Assembly: GCA_010909165.1 (NCBI GenBank)
Contig: MU008173.1
Coordinates: 1,116,001 to 1,180,000, forward strand
DNA length: 64,000 nucleotides
DNA from: Anthoceros angustus
Taxonomy: Eukaryota > Plantae > Anthocerotophyta
Reading direction: 5' to 3'
Shown: positions 12,502 to 24,850 of the stretch, piece after piece
Layout: every line of letters starts with the position of its first letter
Position numbering within the stretch: position 1 is the first letter of the stretch
Position numbers and translations under genes: made by a program
The notes under the pieces: model-generated
Database searches by the model: none
Seen by the model: the letters and a program-made list of their open reading frames with translations, nothing else
What the model was told of the DNA's origin: nothing

Positions 12502-13822
12502 TGTGAGTGCAGCTGCCTGCCCTTCTGTAAGGCACCAGTGCTTGCACAGGCCTTCAGAAGGCAAGCAAAAGTAACATAGCCAAAATGAGGCCCGCCTCCT
12601 CCATTTGTCCATACACAACAAGTGCCTCATGCCCAAGCCCTTGCTGTGCATATCCAGCAATCAGGGCATTCCATGTTACCACATCCTTCATGGCCAGGCT
12701 GTCAAAAACCTGGCGTGCATCTTTCAGTTCACCAAATTTTGCATACCCAGCAACCAGCACCGTCCCTGTCACCACATCCTTCGTGGCCATGCTGTCAAAA
12801 ACCTGACGTGCATCTTTCAGTTCGCCACATTTAGCATACATATCCACCAGGCAGTTGCCAACAAACAAGTTAGTAGGAATGCCACTCTGGACCACATCGC
12901 GGTGCACTTTTCTGCCAGATTCCAGGTCGGCAGCAAATGCACAAGCCTGGAGGGCAGCTACAAAGACGTGACCATTCGCCTTCACTCCTGACCTACGCAT
13001 CTCATGGTAGAGTTGTATGGCCTCATTAGGTTTCCCGTGCTTAGCATGGGCAGAGATTATGGAAAACCACATGAAGACATCTGGTTTGCCCACCCTGGTG
13101 AACACATCCATGGCCTCCTGAAGACTACCTCCACAAGCATACATGCGCAAGATATGGTTCCCCAAGTATGCACTCGATTCGTACCCAAGTTTGGTAATGA
13201 GATCATGAACTCGTCGCCCCACAACCAAATCCTTCCTAGCTGTACACAGTTTTATCACGGTGTAAAACAGAGACTGAGAAATAGTCAAATCTGAGTGCGC
13301 CAGAGATTCCAGGGCTCCAACGGCCTCAGAAAGCTTCCCCTGCTGACATAACACGCTCACGGTTCCGACCGTTACGACACCCATTTCCGACCCTGCCCGC
13401 CTGCCAGGTTGAGGTTTATCCGGAGAGCTCGATTTGGAAGGAGATACGCCATGAGCCTTCTGCATGTCCAAGGAAACGAGCTGTTCATCAACCCAAGCTG
13501 GCTTGAACGTGTTTAACCACAGCACCTCACCGGACCCCTTACGCCAGAAGTCAGGCGAACGGGAGCTCTTCTTATCTCGTCTGTTGTCCCACCACATGGT
13601 AGGGTCCAGAAAAAATTGTTGCCACAAGTGCTCCTGCTCCTTCTCCTGCCGACGACCATCGGTGGAAAACCCGTCCCCCCCCACACATTCTCTCGGAAGT
13701 GGAAGAGCTGGGCTCCTTACACTGCTGCACCTGGAGGCTTTGTTTGCCAGGGGTTCACTTCCTAAAGTGGGGTGACCGGGAGCACCCAATCGGGAGCATA
13801 GGCGTCGCGCTGCCGAAGCCAT
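11498..13822 (-). CDS. PLS-class PPR protein with C-terminal DYW:KP (GRP) deaminase and N-terminal PDF-like motif; candidate organellar U-to-C RNA-editing factor; frameshifted as assembled
   Basis: ORF 12554..13822 has an Arg/Ser-rich transit-like start and P/L/S repeats (WFSIISAHAKHG, FVAALQACA, LVDMYAKCG). Downstream frames give KKPAVATIEV, HAEKLALAFGL, CSDCH and the terminal GCCSCMGRP*. Several 1-2 bp indels between about 12560 and 11850 break the frame. Confidence 0.85.
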
Positions 13823-14380
13823 GGCTGTGCAGCGAATGAGCTCAACCTACCGCGAAGACGAGCGGCGAATTCGTAGCCGGCGGGCCACATAGCGCTGGCT
13901 TCGTGCGCGAGGCCGATCACGGCTGCTCTCGCCACGGGAAGACATCTTGGAACTTGGTCGCCAAAGCCTTGGTTTTCTCAGGACCTCTCAGGATCACCGA
14001 CCGGAGCCAGTCATACATATCGTATCGAACTAAATATGATTATGCATAGGCTTGTAATTATCTATATTCTTAATTATAGATACGTAGGACCAATATAAAT
14101 AAATTATTTAATATATCTATCAGGTATTTGCATTTCATGTAGTTTAGAGGATCTTGAAAAACCTTATGATGATCAATTGCGGCAGAGCAGAGATCAATGC
14201 TGTGGGTATTTTTCTAAAATTAAAATAAATTCACTAAATGTTTTGTTCTCGAGTTACTTTATTTTGTTCTCAAGTTGAATCTTAGTGGTTGTTTATATAT
14301 GTATGATCCAATTGCTTCCGTCATTCATTTGAGATAAAGAGAGAGGGGTGAGACTTTTGATAGAATCTACCAATTGAGTC

Positions 14381-16323
14381 ATGACATCATGGTTGGCACC
14401 ACTCGCATCTTCTTTTATCATACTATGCGTATTATCATTGTTTGTTTTTTTAAATAATCATCATGGAAACAAATTCAAGAGTTCGGTAAAACACGTTTTA
14501 TCTTCTGAGAATAGTCTCGGGGCCATGCATGTTATCAACCGACCATTTGTGAAGTCTTATACAGTAGGTTCATGTTGATTTTACTCTTGTTTTATATTAG
14601 TGTATTATTGTAGAGATTTATTTTTGAGAAGCATGAGGTTGATGGTGATAATGGGAGTCAATATTTTTTCCTTCTTGTTCTTCATTGACCATAATTTTAT
14701 AGCTTTCAGATGGGAGCATTATCGATTGTGTAAAATTTGAAGATCAGCTCAGTTTCCAAGATACTACTTTAAGGAAATATTATGAGGTTTGTATCATCTA
14801 TGCTTGTTACACAATCAATGCTTCGGTCTAGATATTTGTAGCTGTGGTTTAGAGCCATGTTCTAATACTTTCAATGTAATTCTTTATGCAGGAGTTTGGA
14901 CTAATGAATAGCACTTCATTGCTTTCCAAAGGTTTCAACAATAAAAATCCAAATATGACTATAAGTACCTTGTTTCAAAAGGAGGTTGGACATTGTCCCG
15001 AAGGAAGTGTTTCTATAGCTCGAGTGATAAATCCAAATCAAATTGACTTAGAGCGGGAGAGATCTTTTAAACGGGGGTCTTCTCGTTTCAACAAAGCTCA
15101 TACAACTTTTGATTCCATTAATTATAAGGATGATACAGTAGATCGTTGGGTTTGTATTCTAAACTGAGTATCTATATCATACATTATTGTTTCTCAAGTT
15201 TTAATGGCTAAAGAGAGTACGAATGCTTGAGATGAGGACACATTTATGGATGTGATGAATTTAACCAATATTTTGCAGAAATTTTATTTTTTAGAAATAA
15301 ATATTAGATTAACTTGTTATAAGTTTTTTACATTGCGCAGCATGCAACCGCAAGTGCCGATTTGGGATCTTTTGATTCAACCTTTTCAAAATGTAAGGGG
15401 ATAGCTTCAACAATGAATGTTTATCAACCACAGACCGTTAGATCTTATGATCTACATGATTTCTCACTAGGACAAATATGGGTCATGAACGACCATCAAT
15501 CAATTGAAGTTGGATGGCATGTAAGTAGGAACAAAATCTTGAGTTAATTATATAATAGTCAATGCATTTCTAAATCACAATAGGTGTTCTTTATAGGTTT
15601 ATCCATGGTTATACCGTGGTACGGGAAATGAAGAGAAACCACACTTTTTCACGTTTTGGACGGTAATTAGTTTGTTTCATATCTTCAACAAAAATTTTGA
15701 GTTTTGAATTGTAATTTTTTTTATTCTCATATTTTGAAATGTGTTGATGACAGTCAAATGACTATGAAAATGGATGTTATAATTTCCATTGTCCAGGGTT
15801 TATTCGTGTGGATGAGAGCACAATAATACCAGGTTATCCATTCCAAGCCGAAGATAGCAACGGTTCAAGCCAATTCAGAGTTTCCATAGAATTGGGTGAC
15901 TCGGGAGATTGGACCTTATTTGTAAACGGCCTTAGGGTTGGAATTTGGCCAAAAGTTCTATTTGGAGAGAGTGGAGCATTGTCAGAATTCGCTAATTTTT
16001 TGTCATTTGGAGGAGAAGTTATTCGTGATAGGAATGCTATACAAGACAAGTCAATGACTATGGGAAATGGGGAATTCGGCTCAAAGATCCAAAATTTTAA
16101 TGGAGCATATCTTAAAGACTTGACTATGATACCGGAGGATATGGATGGAAGCACATTTAAGGTTTATTTAAACCACCTTACCTTCGATGGACCAGATGCT
16201 ACTGACGAACCACAAGATCCTATCATATTCGATGCTACCTACTACAATGGAAATGATATGGATGTTGATGAAACATGGATGACTTACGGTGGTCCAGGTG
16301 AGGGGCCACCAATTTCTCCTTAA
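14381..16323 (+). CDS. Neprosin-family (DUF239) secreted peptidase with activation peptide; multi-exon
   Basis: Hydrophobic N-terminus, then exons encoding LSDGSIIDCV, CPEGSVSIAR, QIWV...SIEVGWH, FFTFWT, GCYNFHCPGF, VGIWPKVLF and FGGEV. Both putative catalytic Glu (IEVGW, GGEV) are present, and GT-AG junctions keep the frame where checked. Confidence 0.85.
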
Positions 16324-16709
16324 TTTATGTGAGAGCTATCATAGGAGTAGATGTGCTGCCAACTAAACCTCACCTAGTATGTAGCTTAGAATAATTGAGT
16401 AATATTCATTTTAAATGAAGATATTAGGAGTTTGTTTATTTGTCAAAGATAATTATTGTCCCGAGTTTTAACAGTGAATGTAGGACAATAGACTTCTTAT
16501 ATTAGTGTCGCGCGTCAAGAGTACTGAGATCATTCTTGCTTTAATTTGGAGGTATCCAATTTACTCTCGTTTAACTGGAAGATGTATCAACAAAATATAA
16601 AATACTAGCTGTTTCGGGATGTTCTTCAGATATCCCACAAAAAAACACATGTGAAGTTACGCTTGTGCCATTTTACTGGCTTCGTCTTGGTTCTAGCTTC
16701 CCTGCTCTA

Positions 16710-17168
16710 GATCTCGACTTCACTTTTGTTATGCTACAATTAACCCTCATATGTGTCATGCTGAATTCAAACTTTGTTGGCCCTCTCCCTCAATATGAGT
16801 ATATGATTACATTCTTAGCGCTTATTTAATGCTTTTCCTTGAGCGCTTCCTCCCCGTTGTACGCATCAAGGCTACTCGTCATCATCCACTCTTTATGGTG
16901 GAAAACTATCATGTACTCTTGGGTCTCTTCTCAAAATGATCTCAACTTCACTTTTGTTGTGCTACAATTAACCCTCATATGTGTCATGCTGAATTCAAAC
17001 TTTGTTGGCCCTCTCCCTCAATATGAGTATATGATTACATTCTTAGCGCTTATTTAATGCTTTTCCTTGAGCGCTTCCTCCCCGTTGTACGCATCAAGGC
17101 TACTCGTCATCATCCACTCTTTATGGTGGAAAACTATCATGTACTCTTGGGTCTCTTCTCAAAATGAT
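16710..17168. repeat. 228-bp near-perfect tandem duplication
   Basis: ATCTC(G/A)ACTTCACTTTTG...CTCAAAATGAT starts at 16711 and at 16939. Confidence 0.85.
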
Positions 17169-18817
17169 GTCCTTTACTGATCTAGCTATGTTCTATAAAC
17201 ACTCTAGTGACTTGTTTTGATACAAACATCACACAAATGCACAGGACTGCAATATATTTAACATGATTCAATTACTTAGTTCACGCTTTAATTTTATGCT
17301 CAATTTTCAAAACCAGGAGATCTGCGAGCTGCAAGATCTACGCACACAACTTGACGCTCCAAGCGCACGAATTATCAAACGAATGCCAAGGCAACTATTT
17401 AGCATGTTCTCAACTGCTTCTAAACGTCCACATTAGCCCATAAGCTCTGTGTGAATCGTCCTCAATGTTTAGCTTCTAAATAATTGCTCATTGATAAATT
17501 GTTTTTCTTCCAAAATTTTAGCCTCCTGCGCCAATTGTCTGGTCTCGCTGCATAGAGCTTTATCTTTATTTCACACTTAGCATTAATCCTGCATCTTGAT
17601 CACTCTCCTAACAAGATAAGCCACCTTTTATAAAGCCTCTCAATCTGTCAGGCTTATTCTAATAACATTAGACATGACTTGTCAATGAATCCTCAAGTCA
17701 TGACATATGCCTCATTTGGCATGTACTGACCATGAGGATATTTGACATCAATACATATAATTTGTGCATCCCAACTACCAATTCAGATGTTGGTCATTTG
17801 AGCTTAAACATTTTGCCACTTTTGACCAGCATCCACAAATTAGATCACTTTCGACTACATCCACAAACTAGGTCATGCATTTTCTCCGTTTGTACCCGCA
17901 GACATCTTTTAAGAGGTTAAGTTAAACCTACAAGATTCATGTCTTCGTCTCATGCCTAGAATCGTGAGCACACCTACATAACGTTAGAGGATGTCATGGA
18001 TGTAATGCGTGGACAAATGTTGAGTATGTGCATAACACAAAACTCTTACAATCTTCTTTATATGATATATCAATTACTTAGAGTTTTGTACTAATTTTCA
18101 TCTGAGATGGGATTACTTGGATATCTTAGGCAATTGGTTTTTAAGATGTTGATAGATGCAATATTTTCTCGGTACCAAAGGATTGCACAAAAGCAAATTA
18201 TGATCATCTAAGTGCTTGGAATTGTTTCCAACTACTCTACTTCTCCAACACTTGGAATTAAAAGGAACGAATTGCAGGACACTTGCTGGAAGAAAATCCA
18301 AGTGTGTGTACATATTGGACATGGTGGAGCACTGGAGAGGAGAACCAAGATGCTTGAAGTACTGGCGTCTCATAAGCAGGACCAGATACATCACAAAACG
18401 CCGTCCGCACAGGACCTGAGCAAATGCAGTGAATGTGCAAGGCGAGTCCAGGTGCAGTCCTGTAATTGCAAGTTTGCAGAGTCCGTGGTTTCCTGGATAA
18501 CAAGACGATAAAAACGCCGTTCTCGGGTTGCTGTGGGTGCGCCACGACAGGCGCCAAGTGGAATTCCCAATCGCAACATCATTTTTCTACTCGAATCCCT
18601 GTCAACATTTTGCTTCCTCCGGTTCCAGGAGCCGAAGGAAGCTGCCAGTCAGCCTTCCGCGCACTTTCCGATTTCTCGAAATGCGTAGCCTACTCTTCGG
18701 CGTCCCTCTCCCCAGCCCATTTAAACGCCCCTGGCAAAGCTTGCACGCATCCAAATCTCTATCGAGCACCTTGAGCGGCATTAGCGATCCCCGAGTACAT
18801 TCGACATTCCTGCTGCT

Positions 18818-20164
18818 ATGGGGCACGACAGAATTCTGGTGGTGGGAGGTACAGGTTACATTGGCAAGCACATTGTCAAGGCTAGCACCAAGCTCGGCCA
18901 CCCCACGTTCGTGCTCATCCGGCCCAGCGCGGAGTCTGACCCCAAGAAGGCCGACCTGCTTCACTCGCTCAAGGAGGCGGGGGCCACTTTTGTGCATGTA
19001 TGTGTGGAGGCCAAGTGCCAACCTCCTTGTCCCGCAAGACTGGGTTGGGGGCTGCTGTCTCACGTGCTGAGCTCGTGCTGGGTGTGGGTGCAGGGAGACC
19101 TGAACGACCACAAGAGCTTGGTTGAGGCTTTGGGGAAGGTGGATGTTGTCATTTCCGCTGTGGGGGGAACGCAGCTCAAGGATCAAATCAAGCTGGTTGA
19201 GGCCATCAAGCACGTGGGCCACATCAAGGTACGTGAGAGCCTGAGGGTGGCAAGAATGCCTCTTCCGAATCTGCATTCGGTGGCTGATGGGCTGCGGGCA
19301 ATGTGGTCTTCTGTGGTGTGCGTGTTGCTGCGGCAGAGGTTCGTTCCCTCCGAGTTCGGCAACGACGCCCGGAAGTCGCACGTTCTGCCTCCCGTTGAGT
19401 TTCTCTTCTCAGGCAAGACCTACATTCAGGACGAGGTGAAGGCGGCAGGCATTCCCTACACCTTGGTGGCCAACAACAGCTTTGCAGGCTACTTCGTGGC
19501 AGGGCTGTCGCAGGAGGGTTTGCTTTCACCTCCCAAAGACAAGGCCGTCATCTACGGACACGCTAAGGTGCGCAGCAAGGCTTCCCTTGTCAACTTTGCA
19601 CGTCCTGATCTGTTTCAAAGCAGTGGAATATTGTGCAGGCCTGGTGACGGAATTCATGTATGTTTGCTTTCAGCATACTTGGTGGACGAGGACGACATCA
19701 GGACATACACAGTGAAAGCTGCAGTGGACCCCTGAGCTGAAAACAAGACGCTCTACATAAGACCTGCACATAACCTGTACAGCCACAAGGAGCTTGTGGA
19801 GCTGTGGGAGAAGAAGTCCGGTCACCATCTTCACAAGATTCAACTCGAGGAAGATGATGTGCTCAAGTTGGTTGAAGGTAACCTTGCCTGCCGCCCTCCT
19901 GCACTGCAGCAGCGTTGCTTCAGCTGTTCAGTCAGAAGCACGTCATTGGCTCTGTGAAGCTAACGTTTGGCTGTGCTGTGCTATACAATGGCATGCAGAA
20001 ACCCCTCTCCGAACAACATTCTGCTTGCCATTATTTACAGCGTCTACGTCAAGGGAGATCAGAGCAACTTCGAGGTGCCCCCTCATGAGGTGGAGGCCAC
20101 ACATCTCTACCCAGAGGTGCACTACCGCACAGTCGACCAGTATCTCGACCAGTTCCTCCACTGA
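18818..20164 (+). pseudogene. PCBER/isoflavone-reductase-like (NmrA/PIP family) gene, paralog a; 5 exons, premature stop
   Basis: GGTGYIG NADPH motif, RFVPSEFG, conserved Lys in FSGKTYI, GIPYT. TGA at 19733-19735 stands where other copies have CGA, and one A is missing at the exon-3 donor. Confidence 0.8.
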
Positions 20165-21349
20165 GACAGAAGGCTGGTGAGCAGAGGCGTGAAAACTCTG
20201 TCCCAGTGCCTTTCCAAAGAAGAGCCTGCAAACTGTTCTCAGTGAGCGTACAAAGCCGAACAAGGAAACTAGGCGATTGTTAGATAGCAAAGTGCGAACT
20301 CTTGCAGAGCTTTGTTACCGCTTTTCCTAAGTGTATTCGCTTTATTCTCCTTCACTTATACTAGAAGGAAGAAGCGAGGTAGGTTTTTTTCGCTTATTAT
20401 GCACTAAACTTCTAACCGTCTGTTTGTAAATATCTTTCACCTATGTAACAATTTTTGTTTTGTTATAATATCTCTTAAACAAAGACCAGGTATATCTCTA
20501 TGACATAAGATGAGGATTGAAGACTGACCAATAATTGTTGTTCAAACACTCCTTCACAAATTTTCAATTTCATCTCAACCAATTTAGACACAATAGCGCA
20601 ATTTGGTTGAAAACTTGTTTTGTGACAGTCATGTAATGCGTAGGACATTCTACATATTCTTTGTAAATAATTTTATAAACAATCATGTAAATGCCTTGGA
20701 CAGACGACATATTCTAGAATTCATTCATCGCTGCTATATGACCTTTTAAATTTTGGTATTCTTACTTTGCTTCATTACAACCTTTCAATAAGTGGCTCTC
20801 CCTAAATATAAAGCATCACTTCATCTTCTCGTGCTGGGTGAAAGTGTCTGCATGAGGTGATTAAATTGCTCTTCCCCTTTTTCTTTTTGCAAGCTTACTG
20901 GAGCGGAAATATGAAACTCTAACTTCAAATTGTGAGTACATGTACCTAATGTTAGAGAATTTCATGTGACAAACGTTCATGATGTATACAATTACAAGAC
21001 TAGTATGATCTTTTTTATATAATCTATCATTTTTTATATAAGGTGCATTTCAAGAGTTTTTGTTTTGTGTCCAAAAGATCAAACTAAATCGTAAAAGTCT
21101 TGAGAAGATTACAAAAGTCAGAACTTGAAGTTCCATAAAATCAGCGAGAGAGTTTAGCGAGGATGATATACGTGACAGTTCCCCGCCCTCTAAAATTTGT
21201 TGGCCTCTGCGTATGAGCTCGGGGCCTTACGAAAGTGTCTAACCTAACTTGTCTTATCACTTCTCTCATAGTGCCGAGACAAGACCCCGATGTTGCATAG
21301 GCCTTGTGCGGCATCAAGCTGAAAAGGAGAACCTCGGTGGGGATAAGCG

Positions 21350-21545
21350 CCTATGTCATATCATAGCGGTGCCTCACCGCGTGTAGCAAAACCAACCCAT
21401 CTACAAGAGGGATTGCTTCAAGAGGGCCAAGGCAAAACCCCGACTGAGCAGAGGACAAGCGCGCCTATGTCATATCATAGCCGACGCGTCACACAGCAAA
21501 ACCAACCCATCTACAAGAGGATTGCTTCAAGAGGGCCAAGGCAAA
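21350..21545 (+). mobile_element. Degenerate tandem pair of CCHC zinc-knuckle-like units (possible retroelement gag remnant)
   Basis: Two units of about 115 bp. Across a frameshift they read C-x-x-C-S-K-P-T-H-L-Q-E-D-C-F-K-R. Also present at about 34358-34455 and 35622-35825. No RT or integrase was seen. Confidence 0.3.
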
Positions 21546-22505
21546 ACCGATCAATGAAGCGGTGACTCATTATAACCGCCAACCTCACAAGGCAGGCATT
21601 CATCCTAGGACTTATGGTATGGGTGATGTTTTCAGAGGATGCGATCGGTTGGATTACTTGAGGTGTCATTAGATGAGATTAATCTTTTGCTGTGGAGTGC
21701 CATTTTACCGCAAGATGGCTTTAGGCGACTCGGTGCATGTGGTTTGCAAGCTTGTTGGAGCGCTCAACCACGCCCATTCATCCGACATGGCGCCATGTTT
21801 CCATTCTTGTAGCATAGCATCTTGATGAGTATGTTTGGTGACACACTTGTAAATGCGAGAGGGCTAAAATTAAAGTACTTGACCTTCAATACTCCACAAT
21901 CATTGTTGTTGGACGAGGTCGGCGCCGTCCTTCACAAGATTCTCCACCACTCTCCTACATAATCGGCAGAGCGGGTTACTAGACCATCAGAGGACGTCAA
22001 TCAACTACCCCATGCATCGTCCATGAGGTCATGCATCGCCATTGAAATGGATGAAGCGGCCCCATACAAACACCTCAATGAGATCCCAGTAAACGCGTTC
22101 ATCCTTTCCTACACCTTCAAAGGCACTTGAGGAGCAACTACATACCCTTTGCCAACAATATCTCATGAATTTGGAACTCCCTAGTTTCTTGAAGATGTTG
22201 GTAAATATCAAAATATATAATCATCCATCTGATTGAATGATTAACTATGCATAGTGATTGAAACGTGATTCTACTACCATAGATACTCTACCACACGTAT
22301 AAATCGGGATTGCAAGAGTTGCGGGGTAACCAAGTGAATCGCCATGTGGTACCAATTGGTACCACATCATTTAAAGACCATTTGTAATGAGTCCTAACCT
22401 AATTTGTAAAATGAGGTATTTTGTTGTCTTGGAAAGTGTAGTATTTTGTTGGTGATACAAAGTGTGATACTAGACCATGGTTGCACCCGTAAAAAATAAA
22501 AATAT

Positions 22506-23391
22506 TCAATCTATTAAGATTGGGTTATTACAACTACCTTTGTTTAACTTCCTCATTTCTGTCTTGAAAATATCCAATATAAATTCTTTAGTATAATTCA
22601 TTTCAGTGTCCATATATTTTTGGTTGGTGAACCATTCATGCACTTTTAAACTTGAAATAGTGACACGTATATTTGGATTATGATGTAATAATCTTAATAG
22701 TAGATGAATACACTCATAAGAAAGTTGGTCGACATTGAAGTGCATACTCACAAACAAAAATTCATTATCCTCAAAATAAAAGGTCATGCGATTACCATTG
22801 TAAACAAGGTAACTCCGCAGACCATATGTCATGGTGCTCCTTTATACTTCAATCCTAAGCAATTTGGAGCCATGTATATATTCGTTCCACAATGATCATT
22901 ATATTGATATGAGTTTCGGCAAGAATGTCCAAAATCTGCAATTTTTAAAACTTGGTGTTCATTTATAAGTAAATTCTCCGGTTTAATATCACGATGAAAA
23001 ATACCTTTATTATGGCAATATTCTAAACCATAAATAAATTGACGAAAATAATGTCTAGCGATTTTCATCTAAGCGACCTCGTTGGTTAATAAAATGCCAT
23101 AATGAACCACCTTGCATGAGTTCTTCAATTAAAAATACTTGTTTTTACGTATATATGTACCATGCATTTTCAATATGTTTGGGTGGTCCAAAGATTTTAA
23201 GCATGAGACTTGAATAATATTGCCTTCTTTGTTTTTTTATCATCAACAATATTAAAGGTTTTAATGGCCACTAGGTCACCAGTAATAATATGTTTTCCAA
23301 CCATGACCTCAGCCTGACCACCTTCTCCCAAAGAGGTTTCCGTGATCCCATAAGTGCCAATTATTTGAACAAACTGGGTACTCGATTCCAT
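22506..23391 (-). pseudogene. Frameshifted copy of the intronless CAMK-group kinase
   Basis: Same sequence as 36879..37787 with many 1-3 bp deletions. [20 protein letters not shown] and DFG fall in different frames. Confidence 0.8.
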
Positions 23392-23568
23392 AATTTGACT
23401 TTCTCCTGGTCGGTCACTCACTTGTTAAATGACACCTCCAAACTGAAATCCAGAAGTGTTTTAAAGGTAGATCGACACTTTTATTTGATACAAAAAGGCA
23501 AGGAATACAATGAAGTCTCCTAAAAAAGTGCAATACCGTATGATGCAAGATGAATAAACCATATAAAC

Positions 23569-23826
<258 letters not shown>

Positions 23827-23827
23827 G

Positions 23828-24191
23828 AAGGTTTATTTAAACCACCTTACCTTCGATGGACCGGATACTCTTGGCGAACCACAAGATCCTATCATATTCG
23901 ATGCTACCTACTACAATGGAAATGATATGGATGTTGATGAAACATGGATGACTTACGGTGGTCGGTGAGGGGCCACCAATTTCTCCTTAATTTATGTGAG
24001 AGCTATCATAGGAGTAGATGTGCCAACTAAACCTCACCTAGTATGTAGCTTAGAATAATTGAGTAATATTCATTTTAAATGAAGATATTAGAGTTTTGTT
24101 TATTTGTCAAAGATAATTATTGTCCGAGTTTTAATTGAATGTAGGACAATAGACTTCTTATAATAGTGTCGCGTCAAAATCTGAGATCATT
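23828..24191 (+). pseudogene. Copy of the neprosin 3' end and downstream sequence
   Basis: Matches 16159-16534 with scattered differences. Confidence 0.8.
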
Positions 24192-24499
24192 TTTCCAATA
24201 TATAGAGACATTATCTTAAAATAGTGACAAGCTATGAAAGTAATAAGCCCGCAAGCCCGTCAGGGCGAAGGGTCCAAGACAGGACACCTCTATTTTTGTT
24301 ACCACCTTGTTGAAGCCAAGTGGAGTCAAGGAATCACTAGTCCAAGGCTCCAATTTAGCATATGCTTTGTCGGAGCCATGCCCTCCCGCTGCATGCTTGC
24401 ATGCAGAGGGAGCGCTTCTTGGCTTAAACCATGCTCTTCGTACGTAGTGAGCATGGCTGTCCAACAACTTAGCAATACCACATATCTCTTGTGGCTGAC

Positions 24500-24850
24500 T
24501 GCAGGTTAACGGGCGTCCTCTAAGCTACCACACTTTGCAAACATTTCCACCAGGCAGCTCGCAAGGACCACCTCAACTCGCAGCCCCATTTCCTGAACCC
24601 TCTCGTGTGGCTGCCTCCTCCTGCTGCTGTGCCCCGATGCTTTTGCATGCTTTCAGAAGCCACACAATCGTTGTGTCATGTGCTGAAGCAGCGTCCTCTT
24701 CTTCCATGTTTCTGGTCATGTTGTCGAAGGCGGTCTGGGCCTCATCCAAGCTTCCACATCTTGCATACATAGCTCCCCGCCATCACTTCAGAGTCCAGTC
24801 CTGCTTCCTGTTCATGTATTTGTGAGTGAGCTGCCTTCCCTGGTCGTTGA
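24500..24850 (-). pseudogene. Degenerate PPR fragment
   Basis: MYARCGSLDEAQTAFDNM and CLVEMFAKCGSLEDAR, interrupted by stops and frameshifts. Confidence 0.65.

Noticed and set aside
16710-18110. Possible Copia RT/RNase H remnants in the AT-rich repeats
   Set aside because: Only vague similarity with many stops; no YVDD or DADWAG-type motif was found.
18110-18800. Recurrent 60-110 aa ORFs upstream of the reductase copies
   Set aside because: Frames are not conserved between the a and b versions, consistent with non-coding upstream DNA.
20420-21270. Minus-strand frame MIVYKIIYKEY...VIEIYLVFV recurring in four copies, with some splice-like sites
   Set aside because: It recurs only because the block is repeated. 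No recognisable family, and it is too short to support a gene call.
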